A stretch of 34,656 bases of DNA from Candidatus Asgardarchaeum abyssi (GTDB lineage: Archaea > Asgardarchaeota > Asgardarchaeia > Asgardarchaeales > Asgardarchaeaceae): assembly GCA_040225955.1 (NCBI GenBank), contig JBECUL010000021.1, forward strand, positions 1-34,656, written 5' to 3'. This document shows positions 27,931 to 34,656 of this stretch, one piece after another (the first letter of the stretch is position 1; every line of letters starts with the position of its first letter). The position numbers and the translations under genes are program-made. Below the pieces are notes generated by a model that was not told the DNA's origin, made no database searches, and was given only the letters and a program-made list of their open reading frames with translations.

Positions 27931-28809
27931 ATGACTAATATTATTGCAGTTAGTGGAGGTAAAGGTGGTACTGGAAAAACAACAGTCGCTGTAAATCTCG
28001 CAATTGCATTGAGCAAGAAAAAATATAAAGTGTTACTTGTTGATGCCGATGCAGACGCTCCAAATGTTCATATTCTTATGGGTGCTTCACGAGAAAAGAT
28101 AAGGGACGTCTATGCTTTTCTTCCAGTTATTGATAATGAAAAATGTATAAAGTGTGGTGAATGTGCAAAAGTTTGTCGGATTCATGCTCTAATACAAGCT
28201 GGTGACCACTATCCTGTATTTTTCCCAGAAATATGTACAAGCTGTGGTGCGTGTGCCCTTGTCTGTCCAACTAAAGCTATTAGTGACGGCCAGAAATTAA
28301 TGGGATGGATATACTCAGGACATGCCTACGGAGTAGACCTTTTGATGGGTGAGCTAAAATTAGGTGAGGCTTCCGCCGCTGCTGTTGTAGTCGAACTTAA
28401 AGAAGAAGTTAAAAAAATAATGGCCAACTATGATTGGGTAATAATAGATACCTCTCCAGGCGTACATTGTGATGTCTTAAGAGCGATAATAAATAGTAAG
28501 GTAGTATTAGCAGTAACGGAACCAACACCTTTTGGCAGTCATGATTTAAAACGATTGATAACGTTGACTAATGTTGTCGGAATCCCTGTGAAGATCATAA
28601 TAAATAGGGCTGGAATTGTAGCTGATGAAAAAGTCATCAAAAAAGTCGCTGATGAGAAAAAATCAGAAATCATAGCCTCTATTCCCTATGATGACTTTGC
28701 GATAAGAGCATATGCTAATGGGAAACCAGTTTTAATTGAATATCCAAATGCTCCATCTAGCGTAGCTATAATAGAGATCGCTAATATTGTAGAGGAGGTT
28801 TGTAAATGA
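27931..28809 (+). CDS. MinD-superfamily P-loop ATPase with inserted 2x[4Fe-4S] domain
   Basis: SGGKGGTGKTT, DADADAPN, CIKCGECAKVC, CTSCGACALVCP, VTEPTPFG.HDL. Confidence 0.92.
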   Translation: MTNIIAVSGGKGGTGKTTVAVNLAIALSKKKYKVLLVDADADAPNVHILMGASREKIRDVYAFLPVIDNEKCIKCGECAKVCRIHALIQAGDHYPVFFPEICTSCGACALVCPTKAISDGQKLMGWIYSGHAYGVDLLMGELKLGEASAAAVVVELKEEVKKIMANYDWVIIDTSPGVHCDVLRAIINSKVVLAVTEPTPFGSHDLKRLITLTNVVGIPVKIIINRAGIVADEKVIKKVADEKKSEIIASIPYDDFAIRAYANGKPVLIEYPNAPSSVAIIEIANIVEEVCK

Positions 28810-29714
28810 CAGCAAAAGAAATAGTTATAATTTCCGCAAAGGGAGGCGTTGGCAAAACCACTTTATCATCATCGTTAGTACTAGAGCTATCAAAACATAT
28901 TTCTATTGTCGCTGTCGATACTGATGTAGATGCTCCAAACCTCGGAATCGTTTTAGGATGCAATGCTGAAAGAACTATTCCAGTTCAAGCATCCGAAAAA
29001 GCATTTATTGATTTTGAGAAGTGTATAAATTGTGGTCTGTGTGCTAAGCATTGTAAAGAAGGAGCATTGGAAATAATAGATGGTAAACTGCACTTTATAT
29101 ACTACCTGTGTGAAGGATGTGGCGTATGCTCTCTTGTTTGTCCCGTAAAAGCGATCGAAATAAAAAGAGTGGAAAGTGGCATAATTAAAATAGGAAAGAG
29201 TAGATATGGGTTCCCATGTGTAACTGGCGAATTGTATGTAGGTGAATCCGCTTCTGGTCACATAGTAGCTTCAGCTAAGCGTTTCGCTCAAATGGAAGCT
29301 TGGAAACATAAGGCAGAGATTTTACTTATAGATGGTCCACCAGGAAGTAGTTGCCCTACAATCTCATCAGTGACTGGCTCACATTATGTTATTCTTGTTA
29401 CTGAACCAACCCCTGCGGCTTTAAGTGATTTAGATAGAGCGGTTGGTATTGCAAGGCATTTTAAAATTCCTCATGGTATTGTCATAAATAAATCAGATCT
29501 TGTTCCTGAGTTCAGGGATAAAGTCTATAAATACGCTAAAACCATGAATATTGAGATATTAGGAGAAATTCCATATGATAAAAAGGTACCAGAGGCAATT
29601 GCAAATGAAAGACCAATAATAGAGTATGCTCCTAATTCACCTTCAGCTATTGCAATTAAAGAAATTGGGATAAAAGTAAGAGAAATTATTATTCATAAAA
29701 TTAAAAACGCCTAA
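28806..29714 (+). CDS. MinD-superfamily P-loop ATPase with inserted 2x[4Fe-4S] domain (paralogue)
   Basis: SAKGGVGKTT, DTDVDAPN, CINCGLCAKHC, CEGCGVCSLVCP, DGPPG..CP, VTEPT. Confidence 0.92.
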   Translation: MTAKEIVIISAKGGVGKTTLSSSLVLELSKHISIVAVDTDVDAPNLGIVLGCNAERTIPVQASEKAFIDFEKCINCGLCAKHCKEGALEIIDGKLHFIYYLCEGCGVCSLVCPVKAIEIKRVESGIIKIGKSRYGFPCVTGELYVGESASGHIVASAKRFAQMEAWKHKAEILLIDGPPGSSCPTISSVTGSHYVILVTEPTPAALSDLDRAVGIARHFKIPHGIVINKSDLVPEFRDKVYKYAKTMNIEILGEIPYDKKVPEAIANERPIIEYAPNSPSAIAIKEIGIKVREIIIHKIKNA

Positions 29715-29719
29715 TCGCG

Positions 29720-31174
29720 TTACGTAAACTTGACATAAAAGTAATTATCATTAGTTCTATATATTTTAAAATTAGTCTTTTCGGTTTTCAATACATCTTG
29801 AATGTCAACTTCAATGTCTCTAAGTTTATATTCAAATGGAAGTCCCGGCCAGGGCTTTTTAAATACAATTTTTTCACCACCTTGCTTATTATGATAAGTA
29901 TCTATTATGACTCCTGGAATAGGCCTAAATACGGATGTTGGCTTTAATGGGACATGCTGAAATGGCGTGAAAACAATAATTCCAAGTTCCTCGCTTACAA
30001 GTGTATCAAGTATAGGCTTGTGTCCCAATAAATCATAAAGCTTTATCCACTCTTTAACAGATAATGACTTTCCTGATAATGCAACAAATCTTAAATTACT
30101 AACTTTAAAGTTTCGTGCTATATTTTCACCAGATTTTAGTAATTCTTTGATATCATCAGATTTTGTATAAAGTATAGACACATTATACTCTTGAATTAAT
30201 CTACCCAATTTACGAGAAACATTATATCCATTTCCTTCATAGATAAGTGATGTCAATTTGACTAATAATGGACCAAAAATTCCATACGCTTGACCAACAA
30301 TGCAATCGATATTTGCAGTACACCAGTATATATCTTCTTCTTTCGGATCAAAAACAAGTTTCATTGTTGCATAAATACCAACCATGTGGCTTCCATGTGT
30401 GTAAGTAAATACTTTGAAAGTTTTATGTCTTTCATCAAATCTTAATATTTTGTAAAGTGGAAAATTAGAATCAAGCTGCTCTGGCCACACGAATGTACTC
30501 TTATCAATTTCATATGAGTGGAATTCACAGTCTTCCCTATCTAATATAATTGGTGCTTTTGAATAGTCCTTTATTCTTGAAACAGCAATTAGTTTAAAAT
30601 CTTTTTTTAAAGACTTTCTGTATTCATAAATTCTCTTAGCAATAGGGATTATCATATTTCTATGAAAAATACCATCAGACGCTATAACAACTTTAGGATT
30701 TGTTAGACTCAAAATCTCCTTGAAGTGTGTTATTGCAAAAGTAGGCTCTAATATAACACTAATAGCACCTATTCTAGCAGCAGCGAGTGAAAATGATATC
30801 AACTCCGGGATTTTTGGTAATATTATCAGAACAAGATCTCCTTTTACAACACCAATATTTAAGAGAATTCTGGATGCTTTGTTTACCTCAGAAAAGAGAT
30901 CATTATATGTATATTTTTTCTTTTCTCCATCTAAACCAACCCAATAAAATGCAACCTTCTCCCCAAATCCTGCTTTAATGTTTCTATCAAGTGCATTGTA
31001 TGTGATATTTGTCTTTGCGCCTAAAAACCATAGTATTTTTTTCTTAATATTATCTATAGAGAGTACGGTATCCCACGATTTAAACCAATGTAGTTCGCTA
31101 GCGATTTCTGACCAGAACTTCACAGAATCCTCTATGGACTTCTGATAAATTCTATGGTATTCGATCAAGTCCAT
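29720..31174 (-). CDS. Degenerate acetyl-CoA synthetase-like protein (N-terminal domain only, catalytic motifs lost)
   Basis: Acs-like FW..IA.EL.WFK.W, WF.GAKTNITYNALDR, ARIGA, YWCTA, YEG, KPWPG. P-loop and C-terminal domain absent. ATG 31174 after AGGTGA. Confidence 0.8.
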   Translation of the reverse strand: MDLIEYHRIYQKSIEDSVKFWSEIASELHWFKSWDTVLSIDNIKKKILWFLGAKTNITYNALDRNIKAGFGEKVAFYWVGLDGEKKKYTYNDLFSEVNKASRILLNIGVVKGDLVLIILPKIPELISFSLAAARIGAISVILEPTFAITHFKEILSLTNPKVVIASDGIFHRNMIIPIAKRIYEYRKSLKKDFKLIAVSRIKDYSKAPIILDREDCEFHSYEIDKSTFVWPEQLDSNFPLYKILRFDERHKTFKVFTYTHGSHMVGIYATMKLVFDPKEEDIYWCTANIDCIVGQAYGIFGPLLVKLTSLIYEGNGYNVSRKLGRLIQEYNVSILYTKSDDIKELLKSGENIARNFKVSNLRFVALSGKSLSVKEWIKLYDLLGHKPILDTLVSEELGIIVFTPFQHVPLKPTSVFRPIPGVIIDTYHNKQGGEKIVFKKPWPGLPFEYKLRDIEVDIQDVLKTEKTNFKIYRTNDNYFYVKFT

Positions 31175-31267
31175 TACTCTCACCTTTCGTTGTAGCATGT
31201 AAAAAACTTTTATATTTAAGAATGATTCACTATTAATAATTACAAATAGTTACAAATTGGTGATCAA

Positions 31268-32149
31268 ATGTCTCTGTCTTTAACCCATAGACAGATTCTA
31301 AGGGTATTAGTTCAATTATATTATAAACATAAGAAACCAGTTACTAGCAAGGATATCGCAAGTGTGTTGAGAAAACATGATGTAACAATAAGAAATGCTA
31401 TTAGTACTTTAAAAGCTCTAAATTTGATAGAGGCAAAACCAGGTCCCGGTGGTGGTTACATTCCTACGATGAAAGCTATTGAAATTATTAGAATACCTCA
31501 AACATTGTTGCCACAAAGTGCTGCACCACTTATTTTTAGAAATGGAAAGGCAACAGATCTTCTTTTAACAGATTTAGAGTTGCTCAATTTAAATAGTCCG
31601 ACAGGAGATAGAGCTATAGTCAGAGTTGTAGGTGATATTTATAATCTTAAGACTGGTGATTATCTTAGAATAGGCCCAACTCCGTATTCACGTTTAATTA
31701 TAGAGGGTTCTGTAATAGATAAGGATATTGAACGTGGAGAGATTTTAATTAGAATTACAACAATGGCTAGCATCCCCAAGGAGATAGTCCGTAATATCAT
31801 GACTAAAGACATAATTACTGTGACTCCTGACATGTCTGTTAAAGAAGTTGCTAATTTACTTTATAATAATAAGATTCGTGCAGCACCAGTAGTCAAAGAT
31901 GGGGCTTTAGTGGGTCTTGTTTCATCCACTGACCTACTAAGGGTAATATATGAAGGAAAGATAGATCTAAAAATTGGAGAAGTTGCAAATAAAAAAGTGT
32001 TAACTATTCGTGAGGATGGCGATATCCTAGATGCGATTTTACTAATGATCAAGAATAATATTAGCCGACTAATTGTAGTTGATGATGAGGGCAAAATGAT
32101 CGGTATAGTTACTAGAACGGATTTGTTAAGGAAAATTGCTGGGCTGTAA
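31268..32149 (+). CDS. Winged-HTH transcriptional regulator with C-terminal CBS pair (COG2524-like)
   Basis: LT.RQ.L..L..LY, TIRN....LKAL.LI...PGP.GGY.PT, RIGPTP, two CBS domains. Confidence 0.92.
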   Translation: MSLSLTHRQILRVLVQLYYKHKKPVTSKDIASVLRKHDVTIRNAISTLKALNLIEAKPGPGGGYIPTMKAIEIIRIPQTLLPQSAAPLIFRNGKATDLLLTDLELLNLNSPTGDRAIVRVVGDIYNLKTGDYLRIGPTPYSRLIIEGSVIDKDIERGEILIRITTMASIPKEIVRNIMTKDIITVTPDMSVKEVANLLYNNKIRAAPVVKDGALVGLVSSTDLLRVIYEGKIDLKIGEVANKKVLTIREDGDILDAILLMIKNNISRLIVVDDEGKMIGIVTRTDLLRKIAGL

Positions 32150-32169
32150 CAGCACTTTACTGAGTTATG

Positions 32170-32979
32170 CTATTTCTTGCTATATATTACATATAAAATT
32201 ATTGTAAATATCCCTATTATAAAAAGGCCTATTAGTCCTCCTTCTGGGCCGTAAGCCCCTCCAGTCAAGATAGCATTGTTTATAACTTTAACTATTAATA
32301 TCCCCTCTGAAGCATGTCCACTTACAGGAAGTCCAAATATTTCTCCCTCAAAAAAATTCCATGAAAAGTGAAAAGCTATAACTGTATATATTGAATGTGT
32401 CTTGAGATAAATTATTGCCAGTGCAATCCCCGCTATAAAAAGATGGAAGAACGCAATTAAATTAAATGCTGGAGTTGCCAAATGCATAAATGCGAAGAAA
32501 AAAGCTGATAATAATATGGTATCTCTCTCAGAAAATTTTAAACTTAAAACATTTACGATATATCCTCTAAAAATAAGTTCTTCAACACCAGCGGACAAGA
32601 GGGTATCAATAATCGGAATTACTAGAATATTAAGATGCGTGTAATTAATAACCCAATGAATTGAAGCAAAATTAAGCAAGATGAAAATTAAAACGATAAC
32701 TGTAAGCAAAAAGCCTCCAATTATAGAATAGATAATTATTTGAAAAATTATTGCCTTAGAGATCTCAAAACCTATTGCTTTAAACGGATCAGTCTTATAA
32801 CGTTTTAATGCAAGATAAACCATAATAACCGTGTGAGGTAGCAACAATGATGAATATCTCATACCTATTATTTGCAATAGGATTAAGATAGGTAATGATA
32901 TTAAGGTCCAGATAACGATAAACACTATAACATCAAATAGTATTTCTACTTGGGTTAGTACTTTTGGTTCTTCGCTCAT
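32170..32979 (-). CDS. CPBP (CAAX protease/Abi) family intramembrane metalloprotease
   Basis: EELIFRGY, FAFMH, HFSWN, GGAYGPEG. Confidence 0.92.
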   Translation of the reverse strand: MSEEPKVLTQVEILFDVIVFIVIWTLISLPILILLQIIGMRYSSLLLPHTVIMVYLALKRYKTDPFKAIGFEISKAIIFQIIIYSIIGGFLLTVIVLIFILLNFASIHWVINYTHLNILVIPIIDTLLSAGVEELIFRGYIVNVLSLKFSERDTILLSAFFFAFMHLATPAFNLIAFFHLFIAGIALAIIYLKTHSIYTVIAFHFSWNFFEGEIFGLPVSGHASEGILIVKVINNAILTGGAYGPEGGLIGLFIIGIFTIILYVIYSKK

Positions 32980-33076
32980 AGCCTAAAATAAATATTTTTT
33001 ACATAAATTTTTGTTGCTATTCTTAAATTATTACCAGGAACTAACTGTTAAAACATCGAAAAAATAGTAATAATAT

Positions 33077-34303
33077 TCATGATGGTAAAATTGCTCTATA
33101 TTCATCCTCTGTTAAAATGCCTCTACGATAAAGAGTGTTAACAATCTTTTGAACGAGTGAGAATGTTCGCTTAGGATGGCTGAGAATATCTAAACTTAAT
33201 TTCCTAAATTGTTCATCATCTATTTTTTCCACGAGAAATAATTCTAAAAGAATATCCCATCTTTCATAAGGATCATCAATAGAATTGATAAATTCTGAAA
33301 TTCTATCAGAAATCAAATCTGGTGATGTTTTCAATATTAAATCAAAAACGGCAAATCTCATTTTTGCATCAATAGTCTTATCAAAAATTAATTTGTAAAT
33401 GTATGGTAGATCCTCCATTGGAATTCGCAGACCCTTAAGAAGATATCTATACAAGGAAAGTAATTTAAGCCCCTCATTCTCTTCTTCTTTAAATAAGTAA
33501 AGTAGCTCGTTGCTGTCTATCTTCTCTAATCTATCTAACTCCTCAAGCAGAAGGGCTCTTACTACTATATTCTCATCTTTCTTAAAAATTAGATCTTTGT
33601 ATTTAGATATATCTTCCTCACATTTAAGTAGACATAGAAATGCATCATATCTAATATGAGGCTCTATTGTTTTGTCCTCAAAAATTTTTTTCAGGAAATT
33701 TATTGACCAATCAACACATACTTTTCTTTTCTTAAAAAGCTCCAAAAATATCTTCATTTTCAAATTCAGGTTAAGTTCTTCATCAGAAATGTATTCCTTT
33801 ATTTCATAAATTCTCAGAACACGGGGTATGACCCTCTCAATGATTTTCTCCTTAAACTGCCAAGGTAAAGCTGGATCTTTTAAAAACGAAAGGACTTCAT
33901 CTTCGTTTAACATGCGTTGTGTATAAAGATATATTATAGCTAAATACCTAAGTGCTTGAACTTCATTTTCATTCTTCGCAATATTCATGAGGATATCGTA
34001 TGCATGCGTTGGGATATCAAGTGTAACATCTTCTTCTATCAATCTCCTGATTGAGAATACTTTAACGAAAAGGTTCATGTTTGTATCTGAAAGTATACTT
34101 TCAAAAAAATATCCAAATGTAGGAGTCTTTACATCACAAAATTCTAAACATCTTATTAACGACACCGTTAAATTAATCGCCTTCCTATAATATTGATTAA
34201 GTGTTAACCCTTTTTCAATATGCATATCCTTATGTGAAACCTCTTTTATCTTTTGAAATACATCATTTCTATCTATAGCATTCAAAAGGGGTCCCCCATG
34301 CAT
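33077..34303 (-). CDS. Alpha-solenoid (HEAT-like) hypothetical protein
   Basis: 408-aa ORF with ~30-aa helical units ending N/D-E-x-x-x-x-R/K (NENEVQALRY, DENIVVRA, EENEGLKL, DKTIEPHIRY, DKTIDAKMRF). Confidence 0.7.
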   Translation of the reverse strand: MHGGPLLNAIDRNDVFQKIKEVSHKDMHIEKGLTLNQYYRKAINLTVSLIRCLEFCDVKTPTFGYFFESILSDTNMNLFVKVFSIRRLIEEDVTLDIPTHAYDILMNIAKNENEVQALRYLAIIYLYTQRMLNEDEVLSFLKDPALPWQFKEKIIERVIPRVLRIYEIKEYISDEELNLNLKMKIFLELFKKRKVCVDWSINFLKKIFEDKTIEPHIRYDAFLCLLKCEEDISKYKDLIFKKDENIVVRALLLEELDRLEKIDSNELLYLFKEEENEGLKLLSLYRYLLKGLRIPMEDLPYIYKLIFDKTIDAKMRFAVFDLILKTSPDLISDRISEFINSIDDPYERWDILLELFLVEKIDDEQFRKLSLDILSHPKRTFSLVQKIVNTLYRRGILTEDEYRAILPS

Positions 34304-34419
34304 TTCCGTGCATTTATAATAATGTCAACTGCATAGTAAATGTTTTTAAAGCCTTTGTTAACATATTTTTATATTATTTTTATTTTTATGTATATGTATA
34401 TTAATTTTAACTCTATTTC

Positions 34420-34656
34420 CAGTACTTCCGCACTATTTTCGAAATGAGTACGCTCCCTAGACACCAAGATCCGCCTCAATCCTCCATGAATTTTCAAAAT
34501 TCCCCAATAAAAAATATTCCGCGCACACACCAAAAAGTCATGTGAAAGCATCGTACGCATCAAATATTAGAATAACCAGTAGACATCACAATCACAAGTC
34601 ATATTGCTATCATCACCGGCGGCGGCCAGCTCTCACGCTCACACTTGTACGGGATA
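34420..34656 (-). mobile_element. End of an insertion sequence (ISH3-like terminus), truncated by the window edge
   Basis: CAGTACTTCCGCACTA at 34420-34435 is identical to the MITE left end; ~105 bp similar to 25943-26040 (reverse complement); higher GC than its surroundings. Confidence 0.75.

Noticed and set aside
26608-32979. ICMT-like methyltransferase plus CAAX protease as a eukaryote-like CaaX processing pathway
   Set aside because: Both families are widespread in prokaryotes, the genes are 5 kb apart, the methyltransferase sits in mobile debris, and no prenyltransferase or CaaX substrate is seen.
34369-34563. 64-aa minus-strand ORF
   Set aside because: Runs through the IS terminal repeat into AT-rich flank; likely spurious.

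Overview
AT-rich archaeal chromosomal segment (BRE/TATA promoters, GGTGA/GAGGTG Shine-Dalgarno sites). The gene content suggests an anaerobic, probably thermophilic peptide fermenter; the lineage (Asgard or Thermoproteota-type) cannot be fixed from this window. The core is an energy-metabolism cluster: a tungsten aldehyde:ferredoxin oxidoreductase overlapping a class II aldolase; an 11-gene complex I-like operon (J-K-L-M-N-A-B-C-D-H-I) whose D subunit keeps both [NiFe]-binding CxxC motifs, i.e. a group 4 [NiFe]-hydrogenase on a full three-antiporter membrane arm; a geranylgeranyl reductase; and a four-subunit dye-linked L-proline dehydrogenase-type operon. Unusual proteins: an RNase HI-SWIM fusion lacking its fourth carboxylate, an Hjc-like nuclease with a multi-zinc-finger tail, and an apparently catalytically dead acetyl-CoA synthetase N-domain divergent from a CBS-domain regulator. 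A small mobile patch (25.9-27.2 kb) holds a MITE, an IS630 remnant and what looks like a decayed integron gene cassette (attC-like arms around a methyltransferase gene). The related IS end lies at the right edge of the window. No CRISPR array, rRNA or tRNA could be supported.
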